Sequence record: PQ287644.1
Length of the DNA stretch: 64,000 bases
Reading direction: 5' to 3' (one strand)
Position 1 is the stretch's first letter. Each line of letters opens with the position of its first letter. This document shows positions 27,859 through 37,543 of this stretch, piece by piece. Below the pieces are notes generated by a model, which saw only the letters and a program-made list of their open reading frames with translations, was not told the origin of the DNA and did no database searches. The position numbers and the translations under genes are program-made.

Positions 27859-27880
27859 AAACCTACATCATTAGGGTGAA
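27859..27880 (+). promoter_or_regulatory. Putative phage early promoter
   Basis: aaacctacatcattagggtgaa. Confidence 0.75.
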
Positions 27881-27920
27881 GCACAGACAGAGACCGTTTA
27901 ACGGTCAAGGAGACTTGTCA

Positions 27921-28079
27921 ATGAATACCCTTCAGGCTAAAGTTGAAAGCCTGCGTCAAAAAGCTCGTCGTTATGCCCGTCAGGCGATGTGTTCCCTAGA
28001 ACCGTCTTACCGGCAACATTACCGCCAACTGAGCTACGAAGCCAGCCGTATGGCGGATCGCCTTCAACGCCAACTGTGA
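27921..28079 (+). CDS. Small basic helical protein (52 aa)
   Basis: AAGGAG RBS; first gene after promoter motif. Confidence 0.75.
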   Translation: MNTLQAKVESLRQKARRYARQAMCSLEPSYRQHYRQLSYEASRMADRLQRQL

Positions 28080-28117
28080 TTGGTGTTTACCCCCCTTCCC
28101 CCACACACAGGTGTGAG

Positions 28118-28348
28118 ATGAGCAACGTTATCGATATGTTCAGCTGGCGGGACTCGAAGAATAAGCGTTCGAGTCAGTTCTCAGTGCTTCATCGTGAGAT
28201 CGAAGCACTGTACGTCATTCAGAACCGCGCGCTTCAGGAGATCGCTTCAGCGGATACGGTCTTGGCGTATGAACAAGCTAAACTCTTCCTGATGGATGTC
28301 AGGATTGAAATCTACACCAAAACCATTGCGTTGAGTCAGTGTATCTAA
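28118..28348 (+). CDS. Hypothetical protein
   Basis: MSNVIDMFSW..., in frame of ORF 27989..28348. Confidence 0.7.
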   Translation: MSNVIDMFSWRDSKNKRSSQFSVLHREIEALYVIQNRALQEIASADTVLAYEQAKLFLMDVRIEIYTKTIALSQCI

Positions 28349-28434
28349 GGACATTTAACGTCCAGTGGTAATCAGGTCTGTATTACTTGGGTGTTTAAGT
28401 ACGCAACATTCATTCCTTTTTGGAGGTTTACGCC

Positions 28435-28914
28435 ATGGCTAAACAATCGAACTTCACCATCGCCAACTACAACGCCGTCCTGGAAGCTGTTAAAGCCAAC
28501 AACGGTTATGTGGTCGACGTTCACAACAATCGTCGCACTCCGTACCGTGCGGCTGGCATCGCTGCTCTGGTGAAGGGCGAAAGGGTTACCCCGGTGCTGC
28601 TGTGCCATGGTTCCTACTTCTGCCTGAACTCGCTGCACAAGGAAGCCGATGGTTCGGTGACCCTCTCCAGCTGGTCGGTCGGTGTTACCATCTTCACCCA
28701 CCAACACGGTGGGCTGGAAGAAGCGATCCAAGCCTACAACAAGGAGCAATCCGAGTGGGCGTTGTCGGGTGGTCAACTGATGCATGTACGCATCTTCGAC
28801 TACACCGACGAAACCGCACCTGTGTTCGGCGAGCCAGTTGATCTGGCAGGCGAAGTCGTGGGTGCGCTGGCAGCACAAGAGCCGATCGCCAAGGTCGACA
28901 TCCCTGCTCAATAA
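28435..28914 (+). CDS. Hypothetical early protein
   Basis: GGAGG RBS; strong codon bias. Confidence 0.8.
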   Translation: MAKQSNFTIANYNAVLEAVKANNGYVVDVHNNRRTPYRAAGIAALVKGERVTPVLLCHGSYFCLNSLHKEADGSVTLSSWSVGVTIFTHQHGGLEEAIQAYNKEQSEWALSGGQLMHVRIFDYTDETAPVFGEPVDLAGEVVGALAAQEPIAKVDIPAQ

Positions 28915-28959
28915 CGAGCAGTTTTCTGTACGTAATCTGACTTCATTAGGAGCAATGCC

Positions 28960-29367
28960 ATGAGTAATGTAATGCACGTTAGCACCATCGCCGGTCGTAC
29001 CGCCCTGACGGTGATCACACCCGACGACCTGCCGGTTACCAACTGGATGGAAAATGTGCTTGCTGCACAGATCCAGAAAGTGGTTGACGAAGGTAAGGGT
29101 TGGCCCAACGACGCCGAGTTCAAGGTGGAGGTTACCTACCACACTTGGCCACAGGGTTGGGACCGGGAAGTGTACACGCACTTCTTTACCAACCGCGCCG
29201 AGCTGGACTCCTACATCAAGGACCAGCACGAGTGGGCCCGTTGTGAGGACAACATGGTGAAGATCAAGATCTACAACTGGGACCTCGGTCCGAACTTCAT
29301 GGAAACTCGTGAGTTCGGTGGTCCTGAGTTGTGGAACAGCCCTCTGAGCCGTCCTTACTTGACGTAA
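28960..29367 (+). CDS. Hypothetical early protein
   Basis: AGGAG RBS; strong codon bias; followed by terminator. Confidence 0.8.
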   Translation: MSNVMHVSTIAGRTALTVITPDDLPVTNWMENVLAAQIQKVVDEGKGWPNDAEFKVEVTYHTWPQGWDREVYTHFFTNRAELDSYIKDQHEWARCEDNMVKIKIYNWDLGPNFMETREFGGPELWNSPLSRPYLT

Positions 29368-29375
29368 GGCTAGCG

Positions 29376-29420
29376 CTACCTCCCTGCCACTGGCAGGGAG
29401 GTAGTACTCCTTTTATTTTT
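29376..29420 (+). terminator. Intrinsic terminator
   Basis: ctacctccctgcc-act-ggcagggaggtag then T-rich. Confidence 0.75.
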
Positions 29421-29467
29421 TGCTTCATTTCCATTTTTATAGTTCACTCAACACAACGAGCAAAGTA

Positions 29468-29608
29468 ATGCCTGACACTAACAACGGTCCTGTGGAAATA
29501 AAGATGGAACGTGTGCAGTTCAAAAGAATAAAAGTAAGGGGTCTTCGTAAATTCTGGTTACTCATCAAACGCTTACTGAGTAAGGACACCGATTATAAGA
29601 ACACTTGA
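29468..29608 (+). CDS. Small basic hypothetical protein (46 aa)
   Basis: ATG within ORF 29420..29608. Confidence 0.45.
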   Translation: MPDTNNGPVEIKMERVQFKRIKVRGLRKFWLLIKRLLSKDTDYKNT

Positions 29609-29662
29609 CGAACGCATGGCTAAGTCAATGGAACTAAGGGTAATTAACTTCTAGTTGTAATC

Positions 29663-29685
29663 AGGTCTATATTACCTTTGTGTAT
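29663..29685 (+). promoter_or_regulatory. Putative phage early promoter
   Basis: aggtcTATATTACctttgtgtat contains TATATTAC. Confidence 0.65.
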
Positions 29686-29734
29686 ATTAAGGCGTGGTTG
29701 CCTTCCTATTTTTAAGACCGAATAAACACAAAGG

Positions 29735-30091
29735 ATGTTATCTATGAGTCAAGTCAAGAAAGCGATGAAAGGTGTTCTGAAAGGTAACAGTCGAACGGCC
29801 GATAAGTTTGTATTACGGATGCCAGTTGGGCTACGTGATAAGGTTGGCGAACAGGCAACGGCGAATGGGCGGAGTATGAATGCTGAATTCATCATGCTCA
29901 TACAGGCTGCGATAGGCAGTGGGAACACAGGTGGAACCCAAATAAGGACTATTCCATCGGTAGGTGGGCCTGTTCGGGTTGAAGGACTTCCAGGCGTGGT
30001 AACTGAATTGATACCGACACCGACTGGATTTAAGATCCGGGCAAAAACCTGTGAGGGAGAGGATATTTATTCGTTATGGGAGATTGTTTGA
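29735..30091 (+). CDS. Arc-family ribbon-helix-helix DNA-binding protein with C-terminal domain
   Basis: RTADKFVLRMPVGLRDKVGEQATANGRSMNAEF matches the Arc signature. Confidence 0.85.
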   Translation: MLSMSQVKKAMKGVLKGNSRTADKFVLRMPVGLRDKVGEQATANGRSMNAEFIMLIQAAIGSGNTGGTQIRTIPSVGGPVRVEGLPGVVTELIPTPTGFKIRAKTCEGEDIYSLWEIV

Positions 30092-30092
30092 T

Positions 30093-30293
30093 ATGACTCG
30101 TTTCGAGAACTCGGATAAGGAAAAGAAACCCAGTGTTCCTTTGCAGAACAAAATCGGGTTTGCGGGGATAGGGTCCGACGATGAGCCCATGCTGTGGACA
30201 CTCACCCTCCCGGGTGAAAACTCGGTGGGTTACGCAGAACCCTTTCGACCTGAGAAAGAAGACCTGATCCCCCAACCGGTCTCTTTCGATTAA
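30093..30293 (+). CDS. Small hypothetical protein
   Basis: ATG 1 nt after previous stop. Confidence 0.6.
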   Translation: MTRFENSDKEKKPSVPLQNKIGFAGIGSDDEPMLWTLTLPGENSVGYAEPFRPEKEDLIPQPVSFD

Positions 30294-30305
30294 AAATGTT
30301 GTATG

Positions 30306-30360
30306 CCCCTACCCAGCCGAAAAGGGCTGGGTAGGGGGTTAATCTCTTTATTTTTTTTTT
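30306..30360. terminator. Bidirectional terminator
   Basis: cccctacccagcc/ggctgggtagggg stem, T run, between convergent genes. Confidence 0.75.
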
Positions 30361-31414
30361 ACTTCACTTTGGTAACACACGACGATCTGACCAGTTCGGT
30401 GATGCCGATCATCGTAGCTGCCACCGTCTCGGTGATCTTATCCACCTCGACCACCCCACTCAGCAGTCCTTTCAGCTCATCGAGTCGCTTATTGAGGGCT
30501 TCCTTATCGGTGTCGTTACTGTAGTGGTTAATTTGACCTTCCACCTTGGCAATCTTGCTCTCCAGTACTCGGCGGGTCTCAAAGATGCTCACCCAACTGT
30601 TGGACATTGCTTCTTCACAACGACCGATTTTTCGGACAAATTCCTTAGCGGAATTGAGGTCTTTGATCGTTGTCACTTTAGGCAAGCCGATAAGTCCATT
30701 CACGTATTGCTGGATACCAATAACCATGCCATCCGCTACGCCAGAATCCTCACCTTCATCCGCCAGTTTCTGGTACTTCGCTTTACGCTCATTCAAACGA
30801 GCCACCGCGGCTTCCAGTTTGGTGACCTGATTGCGCATTAGACTGCTGTAAATGATTCTGGACTCGAAGACTTCCTCGATCACCTTCTTGGCCTGTTCGG
30901 GTTGGTGTTCCACCGGAAGGGCTTTAATGTCGTCAAGTTTCTTAACCACGGTCTCCTTAGCACTTTGGTCCTCGATCTTGTTGGCGATCTGAGTGGCTTC
31001 TTGGAGAACAGGTCCCACGTTGGTGGTTGTCACCTTAGGACTCGCTACGGCGTCTATCGCCTTTTCAGCGGCCTTAGCGGATTCATCTACCTTATCCAGT
31101 TTGTCTTTAACGTTCTTCTTGAAGAGCCCACCGAAGATCGACTTGAACAGGTTCTTGATGTATTCCCAGGCTTTCTTAATCCCTTCGCCAATCGACGACA
31201 GGAAACCCTCATTCCCCGCCACTTCATTACGGGTCAGGTAACCCGCGGTATGGAGAACGGACTGAAGGTAACGCTGATTCGCGGTCAGGTCCATTCCTTC
31301 AGTTCCCATGACCGTATCCGAGAGACCATCGAGCACTTGCTCGATATGTTCCATTTCTGGAACACCGTCCATCGGTTCGTCTTCGTATTCAACCGTGTTG
31401 GCTTGCTGTTCCAT
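30359..31414 (-). CDS. Putative internal head protein (phiKZ paralogue-family type)
   Basis: Acidic propeptide, G-x-E sites (GTE/G, GNE/G), then GFLSSIGEGIKKAWEYIKNLFKSIFG amphipathic helix. Confidence 0.6.
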   Translation of the reverse strand: MEQQANTVEYEDEPMDGVPEMEHIEQVLDGLSDTVMGTEGMDLTANQRYLQSVLHTAGYLTRNEVAGNEGFLSSIGEGIKKAWEYIKNLFKSIFGGLFKKNVKDKLDKVDESAKAAEKAIDAVASPKVTTTNVGPVLQEATQIANKIEDQSAKETVVKKLDDIKALPVEHQPEQAKKVIEEVFESRIIYSSLMRNQVTKLEAAVARLNERKAKYQKLADEGEDSGVADGMVIGIQQYVNGLIGLPKVTTIKDLNSAKEFVRKIGRCEEAMSNSWVSIFETRRVLESKIAKVEGQINHYSNDTDKEALNKRLDELKGLLSGVVEVDKITETVAATMIGITELVRSSCVTKVK

Positions 31415-31431
31415 TATTTGCTCCTTAAGGG

Positions 31432-34254
31432 TTAAAAGAGTGAGAGAACACTCCGGGAGGTATACAAGGAATGGGTTTCAGGTTCATCCCCTATATCAAA
31501 CATTTCTTGGCCGGTGATATTACCCAACAACTCATGACCCTGTTCTTTACTCATAAGAATGTCCACTTGTTCCTTAGACCATTCCATGATGTTAATACTG
31601 CGGGTCATAATGTTGAGTTTATCCCCGGTGTCCATATCCAAGAGTTTAAAGTAACAGGGAGCATCCTGGCCAGTACGCCAGGTACGGGCTTGGACCTGTT
31701 TCACTTCATACTCCCGGAAAGGCGCATTCAACAGAATGGTCAGGTTCGCCATAATCAAGGGATACCCTTCCTTCAGGGAATCAAAGATCGCAATCAACGC
31801 ACGGAGAGTGGGGTCTTTCTCAAAGCGTTTGATATTGGCGTCTCGTTCACTGCTGTTTTCACCGTATACTGTCACATTCGGATACCCGACCTTCGTGAGG
31901 TATTCTTCACAGAGTTTAAGGGCGTCCACGTAGGAGGTAAAGATCAGAGTCTTCTTCTCCACGTTATCGATGAGCTCAGGGAGTCCTGCGTGCGCAATGG
32001 TGTCCTTAATAGCGTTAATACGGGCTCGTCCTAAAACGTTCCCTAAGGCCTCTCCACGCAGTTTTAGACCCAAGTACTTAACCGCAGACTTAATGTTCCT
32101 GAAATCCTTCAGGGCGGTCCCTTTAAGGCCCTTCTCGATGTCTTCTTCCACCCGCTTACAGAACTGACTGTCTTGGTTATCCGTAAAACTGTTATACCCC
32201 CGGGTTCTGAACCGGTGAACAATCTGTTTGTACTTCAACAGATTCTCAACCGCTTTAGCATTCCCCTGGATGGACAGTTCATACGACGTCAGAACATCGT
32301 TGTAGAATTCCAAGAAGCTCGGCATGTGTTTCGTATAGAACGCAATCCGTTCTCCAATGTAAATCTGCATTTGGAGGCGAATAGCATCCAAGGTGTATTG
32401 ATCCGAATTCGGGATCTTTACCTTAACCAGTTCCATAGGAGGAGGATCGCCCAATCCCACCAGTTCAGGGATCGTAAACTTCATACGTCCAATACGCCGG
32501 CTCAGCAAATCCATTAACGAGGGACGGTTACGTCCATAGGACGCCATAAAGAACTCCCGAGCCTTCTTATCGAAGTAGGGATCGATCATACAAGTCGTTG
32601 GGAAGATCTCACTCCCCTGTGCCTTTAGCGGGGTCCCGGACATCGGAAGGTGATGCCCGAACAGTTCCATGTCGCACCATTCGATCAACTTCCGTGTACG
32701 GGCTGCTTTAGGGTCATTGAAGTTCTGGGATTCATCCAGAATCATCTTCAAAGCGCCTTTATGCTTCTTACTCAGCGTAATGAGGAAGTTCTCCAAGTAT
32801 TTCCCCATAACACTGGTCATGTAATCGTAATGGACGATGTAGAAGTCATACCCTTCTTCTAAGACCTTACCGCTGATACTGGTCCAGATACGGGGTGGAA
32901 CCTTAAAGTGCTGGAGGGGTTGTTCTACCCAGACTTTATCCACAATGTTCATAGGGCAAAAGACAACCGTCGGAGCTGTATTGATCAATTGAGACCACGC
33001 CAAGGACGTAAAGGTATTGTGGGTCACGATGTAGTCATCCACCACATACAGCTTCTCGTCATTATCCAAGGCAATGCAGCAAGTCTCTTGATTCTCCACT
33101 TTCTCCCAGTGTACTAGCTTCAGTTGCAGGTCTTCATACTGGGAGAAGTTATACATTCCTTGAATACGGGGATTGTCTCCAATTAACCCAGTCATCATCT
33201 TGTCGACGTCTCGGTGCTTAAAGTCAACCTTATACAAACCGTTAACCAACACTGGCTCCGTAGCTGTTCCTCCAATGGACCACATTAACCGACGGAAGTT
33301 CTCCATCCCAATCCGGTTCTCGTGATACGCGGATAAGACGGATTCACTGATTAAACACCCCACGTGTTCAATCACCGATGTGACTATATTAAAGCGATCC
33401 CGATACGGGAACTCCAATACGTTGTCCCCTATTACAACGTCGGTATTGACCAGCTCCCTTGCAGCGGCTTCAGACGAAGTATTACAAGGGACGCTGTATC
33501 CATTGATCTCACCCACTAAGGGGAAGTACACGTCCTCTTTACGGGCTTTATGGAGTACTTCCAACGTGGTTAAGATTTCATCGATCCCATTCACCGTGGT
33601 TTTCCACAAATGATACGGATGAGAGTCAGCCGTTCTACCGTCTTCGAAATAGAAGCGATAAACTTCCGTGATCCCCTGAGGGTAAATACTCTCCACACAC
33701 GCGGTATCACCTCCAGGGGTCACTACGATATCCTTGACCTTCAGGTCACCCAAGGCTTTCCACCCATTTGGGACTTTAACCCGGGTTGAGAGAGGCATGG
33801 CTTTCCCTGAACCTGGTTTAGCATCCAGCAGCATCCCTTTCAAGTGATAACTGTTCACAATGATCGGGTATTGCTGAAGAAAGTCCAACTGCTGAGGAAA
33901 GGGAACTGTGTTGAACTGATTCAGTTTCTTAAGATCAAAAGGTTTACCTCCCGGATTAACCGTATCTTTAATCCAGGTCTCGGTTTCAATGAGTTCCTTC
34001 AGTTCACTCAACGCTCGTCTGCGGGTACGAAGGTTCCGTATTTTGAGGAGTTCCCCCACAATGTGGTGCAATTCTACCAGGAAGAAGTTATGCACCTTAA
34101 TGGTGTCCCAGGATTCGCGTCGAATCTGATGTTTCGTTAAGAGAGAAGTGCTGTAGAACTTCTCAATGTCTTTGGCTAAATCGTAATAGGACACACCCGT
34201 AATGTGTACGTAGTCTCCCGTTTGTTTTATCTTAACTGAAAACAGTCCTAACAT
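31432..34254 (-). CDS. SNF2/DEAD-like superfamily 2 helicase containing an intein
   Basis: LDAKPGSGK/T split by intein; ILDESQN, MSGTP, KEGYPL, QVQARTWRTGQ. Confidence 0.9.
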   Translation of the reverse strand: MLGLFSVKIKQTGDYVHITGVSYYDLAKDIEKFYSTSLLTKHQIRRESWDTIKVHNFFLVELHHIVGELLKIRNLRTRRRALSELKELIETETWIKDTVNPGGKPFDLKKLNQFNTVPFPQQLDFLQQYPIIVNSYHLKGMLLDAKPGSGKAMPLSTRVKVPNGWKALGDLKVKDIVVTPGGDTACVESIYPQGITEVYRFYFEDGRTADSHPYHLWKTTVNGIDEILTTLEVLHKARKEDVYFPLVGEINGYSVPCNTSSEAAARELVNTDVVIGDNVLEFPYRDRFNIVTSVIEHVGCLISESVLSAYHENRIGMENFRRLMWSIGGTATEPVLVNGLYKVDFKHRDVDKMMTGLIGDNPRIQGMYNFSQYEDLQLKLVHWEKVENQETCCIALDNDEKLYVVDDYIVTHNTFTSLAWSQLINTAPTVVFCPMNIVDKVWVEQPLQHFKVPPRIWTSISGKVLEEGYDFYIVHYDYMTSVMGKYLENFLITLSKKHKGALKMILDESQNFNDPKAARTRKLIEWCDMELFGHHLPMSGTPLKAQGSEIFPTTCMIDPYFDKKAREFFMASYGRNRPSLMDLLSRRIGRMKFTIPELVGLGDPPPMELVKVKIPNSDQYTLDAIRLQMQIYIGERIAFYTKHMPSFLEFYNDVLTSYELSIQGNAKAVENLLKYKQIVHRFRTRGYNSFTDNQDSQFCKRVEEDIEKGLKGTALKDFRNIKSAVKYLGLKLRGEALGNVLGRARINAIKDTIAHAGLPELIDNVEKKTLIFTSYVDALKLCEEYLTKVGYPNVTVYGENSSERDANIKRFEKDPTLRALIAIFDSLKEGYPLIMANLTILLNAPFREYEVKQVQARTWRTGQDAPCYFKLLDMDTGDKLNIMTRSINIMEWSKEQVDILMSKEQGHELLGNITGQEMFDIGDEPETHSLYTSRSVLSLF
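33016..33801 (-). mobile_element. Class 3 (Ala1, WCT-type) intein, 262 aa, with degenerate homing-endonuclease remnant
   Basis: Starts AMPLSTRV after GSGK; block B HPYHLW; block F TCCIAL; block G VTHN followed by +1 Thr. Confidence 0.9.
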
Positions 34255-34283
34255 TGAAGTCGTCCTTAAAGAAGGGGTTTAAA

Positions 34284-35450
34284 ATGCGTCAAGTAGAAGT
34301 AGGATCCGTGGGCTATAACAACCTGGCTCGTCTATACGACCACCTGTGGGGTGGAGAATTGGTTGAGGTAGGCCAACGGGTAGAAGGGGAAACGGAATAT
34401 CGAGATGTGCTGACCCTCGGAGATGTCGAGATCCATTACTTCTTTACCCTCAATAAAGAAGGTAAAGAAGAAGCCTACGTGCGGTATACCCGTGACAACG
34501 GTACCCTCACGTTCCGACTGAACGAGAAGTGGACCCAATACCTCTTCAATGACGAAATCTTCACCATTCCAGAAGAGATCGTAGAGGGTATGGGGAGGGT
34601 CTCTATAGAGTTCCCCAGCAGTTGGTTACAGGTCGCGGCTAAACACCCCGCTGATGATGTGCTTCAAGATGACCTGAAAACCACGGATAAACTGGTGATT
34701 AAACTCTCCAATAAACTCCGTCATGCCGTGGATGTTATCACCAAGAAAAGCAACCATTTGGTTGAATGGGTAGGTAAACGTGACCACGACCTCTACCTCA
34801 CGTTCAAAACCAAGAAAGACGACCTTTCTTACTTTACGGTTCGGTTTGATAAAGTCTACCCTGAAGTCCCTAAAGAAGGGATTACCCTCGGGGAAGGGGA
34901 AACGTTGGAGATCGATAACCCCGATGACCGTCAGGAAGTTAAGGACCTTATTAAGACTATCGGTGAACTGGAACACCAAGTGAACCGCCAGATTCAATAT
35001 TACCGCAAGCATGCGAACCTGACCGACGCGGGTAAAGCACTCTTCGAGCAGGAAGTCCGTACCCTTCTATTTGCTGCCAGTCACTTCAGTAAACGCATTT
35101 ATCCTTTCAACAGTGTGCATGGTAAGGAATGGTTGGATAAGGCGGCTAACGAGATCCTGGAGCGCTTGTACGCCTATAAAGCCACCACAGACGTTCCCTT
35201 CGGGTTGGATGTGAACAGTTGGTTCGTGTGGAGTTATCCGCTGGATGGAAGTGAGCCGGTTAAGATCACGGATGAATCGGTTGACTTTATTGAGTGCGTA
35301 CTTAATCGGTACACGGAGAGTTTTGTTGATATCCTGACGGGTTTCCTGATGGATTTGAACCACACGGAAGTCATCCGTCCGTATCACTACGTGGTGCCTG
35401 CTGACCTCAGTGACGGATACTCGATCGGCTCGATTCGTCGAGTTAAATAA
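34284..35450 (+). CDS. Hypothetical protein
   Basis: ATG 34284 with AAGGGG RBS in ORF 34254..35450. Confidence 0.8.
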   Translation: MRQVEVGSVGYNNLARLYDHLWGGELVEVGQRVEGETEYRDVLTLGDVEIHYFFTLNKEGKEEAYVRYTRDNGTLTFRLNEKWTQYLFNDEIFTIPEEIVEGMGRVSIEFPSSWLQVAAKHPADDVLQDDLKTTDKLVIKLSNKLRHAVDVITKKSNHLVEWVGKRDHDLYLTFKTKKDDLSYFTVRFDKVYPEVPKEGITLGEGETLEIDNPDDRQEVKDLIKTIGELEHQVNRQIQYYRKHANLTDAGKALFEQEVRTLLFAASHFSKRIYPFNSVHGKEWLDKAANEILERLYAYKATTDVPFGLDVNSWFVWSYPLDGSEPVKITDESVDFIECVLNRYTESFVDILTGFLMDLNHTEVIRPYHYVVPADLSDGYSIGSIRRVK

Positions 35451-35462
35451 CGAAAACGACTA

Positions 35463-35496
35463 TACTCCAGGAGAGCCCAACGGCTCTCCTGGAGTA
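35463..35496. terminator. Bidirectional terminator hairpin
   Basis: tactccaggagagcc-caac-ggctctcctggagta between convergent genes. Confidence 0.75.
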
Positions 35497-35503
35497 GTCG
35501 GTA

Positions 35504-36136
35504 TTACGGTACACCCAATCGAGACTCTAGATCCTTAATGTATTCATCCCTGGCCACTAAGGCTGCTTCCAGATCCCGGATACGAGACAAATCATTACTG
35601 TCATCCGTAATCGTGTTCTTGCGGGTGGTTTCAAACACATCATGCTCATTCTTCGAGACATACCCAATGACCGGTACAGTTCCCAAAGTGGATTTCCCTT
35701 CCACTCCGAAATGGGCTTTGATGTAGGTATCGAAATGTTGCATCGCCAAGACGAGGTTATCCTTCATCTCGGGGGGTAATGCACCGCAGTCGGTGACAAT
35801 ACACATGCGTTCGTACGAATACCCGTCTACCAAAGGGAAACTCTTTAGGTAGGTGGTCAGCACGTAGACCGGTGGACCACTCCGCGGTATTAACGACACC
35901 ACCACGGCGTTTTCACTGATCGCCTTTTCCAGTACCGCAGGGTAATCTGCTTCGCTGAGTCCAATGGGTTTAAAGACCCGCTCGTAGATCTTAATCTTCA
36001 ATCCCTGCATTTCAGGGATCGTTCGAGTGGCCTCTACGGTGTAGAACGTATTGGGATTCACCACGGTTGAGAAGGGTGCGATAGCTTCAAACCGTCCGGC
36101 TGCACCAATGGCTGGAATGATGTTTTGCTCAGCCAT
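35504..36136 (-). CDS. Conserved phiKZ-like virion structural protein (putative)
   Basis: 210 aa; IPAIGAAGRF...FPLVDGYSYERM pattern; core-block position. Confidence 0.6.
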   Translation of the reverse strand: MAEQNIIPAIGAAGRFEAIAPFSTVVNPNTFYTVEATRTIPEMQGLKIKIYERVFKPIGLSEADYPAVLEKAISENAVVVSLIPRSGPPVYVLTTYLKSFPLVDGYSYERMCIVTDCGALPPEMKDNLVLAMQHFDTYIKAHFGVEGKSTLGTVPVIGYVSKNEHDVFETTRKNTITDDSNDLSRIRDLEAALVARDEYIKDLESRLGVP

Positions 36137-36139
36137 TCA

Positions 36140-37486
36140 TTAATCCTCCTCTACAATCCCGTCTTGAATCATTTGCCACCGGGTGAACATCACGTATTTC
36201 ACTTTACCAATACGCTTGGCCACACAGACCTTATCCAAGCGAGTCAGACGGCTGACCCCGGGAGGCAGCAAAGAGAACGGCGTAACCACTTCAGCGGCTG
36301 CTACCAGGTCCTCCATTCCACGGATAAACGCCATAGTAGCCTCACCCATGGATCCAAAATCAGGATCCAGGGAGGGGATCAATTGGTACTGGGGAACAAT
36401 TGAACGAATCTTCTGCATCCCTTGACGGTTGTTCTTTTTAGCTACAAACCCAATCTGTACCGATTTATACAGCATGGGTAGGGTTTGGAAGGATTTTATG
36501 ATGAAGTCTTCTGGTATTGTTGGGACCAAGTACCGCTTGGCAATATCGATTTCAGTCTCACGATCGACAATGGGGGAGAACGAGCTAGCGCCGGTGGTGC
36601 GGTCTACAATCCCAATCATGTCGAAACGGGGGATGGCATAGAACTCCAGCGGGTTGAAGAGATCGGGGATCTTTTCTTCCCAATCTTCACGGGGATACTT
36701 CGAATCTTTCAAGATCTCATCTTGAATCTGTTCGTAGAGCTGATCTTCCGCCTCGGTACCATTACCCCAGGACAGGATAGACCAGTACCCCATGTTGAAC
36801 TTGCCGGTGTTAACCAGGTCAAGTATCTGGAATTCTTCGACGTTGCGCTCTGTATAGGGCCAGCCTGCATTCCGAGTCGCTTCATGTTCACGTTGCGCGA
36901 TGACCGTCGGGGTTTCCCGTGCGAACCGCTCAGCAATCTGCTGATAGTTCATGGTCATCAGGTTGTCCATCTCGTTTAACGGGATGGGGTGGATAATCGT
37001 AAACTGAACACGGGGATACTGGATCAGGAAGTACGCGTCAGCCATCCACAAGTAGAACGGTTGGTTATCACCACCCACGACATGATAGCCACGAACAAAG
37101 CTCGGTAGCCAGATCGTGTTATTGGTGACCATTTCACCAACGTCTTCAATCACAACATTGGTGGTGAATTGGGCTTTGAGTAGCGCAAGGGTGTTAGGAC
37201 GACTGTCAGTGATTTTCCCGCTTAGAGCTTGTTCATACAACCAGTTGGACACACCGATTTGAGCTTCAGCAATCGCTTGCGGCATAACAATCTCTGTTCC
37301 ATCGGTTTCGGAATAGAAATTGACCAATACGGTTGCACTGGGAATGTTCGCAGCCAGGGTAAACTTACCCGGGTCTTTGGCGTAACTGTTGGACTTGTTC
37401 GACAGCTCGCCAATAGGGGAGGTTGTGAGTAGACTGTTGTCGTGAAGCTTTGCTATACTTGCGAAAGAAAGGAACGTGGTACTCAT
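36140..37486 (-). CDS. Conserved phiKZ-like virion structural protein (putative)
   Basis: 448 aa; SPIGELS, FNPLEFY motifs; core-block position. Confidence 0.6.
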   Translation of the reverse strand: MSTTFLSFASIAKLHDNSLLTTSPIGELSNKSNSYAKDPGKFTLAANIPSATVLVNFYSETDGTEIVMPQAIAEAQIGVSNWLYEQALSGKITDSRPNTLALLKAQFTTNVVIEDVGEMVTNNTIWLPSFVRGYHVVGGDNQPFYLWMADAYFLIQYPRVQFTIIHPIPLNEMDNLMTMNYQQIAERFARETPTVIAQREHEATRNAGWPYTERNVEEFQILDLVNTGKFNMGYWSILSWGNGTEAEDQLYEQIQDEILKDSKYPREDWEEKIPDLFNPLEFYAIPRFDMIGIVDRTTGASSFSPIVDRETEIDIAKRYLVPTIPEDFIIKSFQTLPMLYKSVQIGFVAKKNNRQGMQKIRSIVPQYQLIPSLDPDFGSMGEATMAFIRGMEDLVAAAEVVTPFSLLPPGVSRLTRLDKVCVAKRIGKVKYVMFTRWQMIQDGIVEED

Positions 37487-37543
37487 GATTGGCTCACCGT
37501 TGATGTAAGGAATACGCCCATGGTTTTAGGTATTGCAAAGGAG

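Noticed and set aside
34254-34283. TTG start at 34254 for the plus-strand gene
   Set aside because: It overlaps the helicase start codon; ATG 34284 has a better RBS
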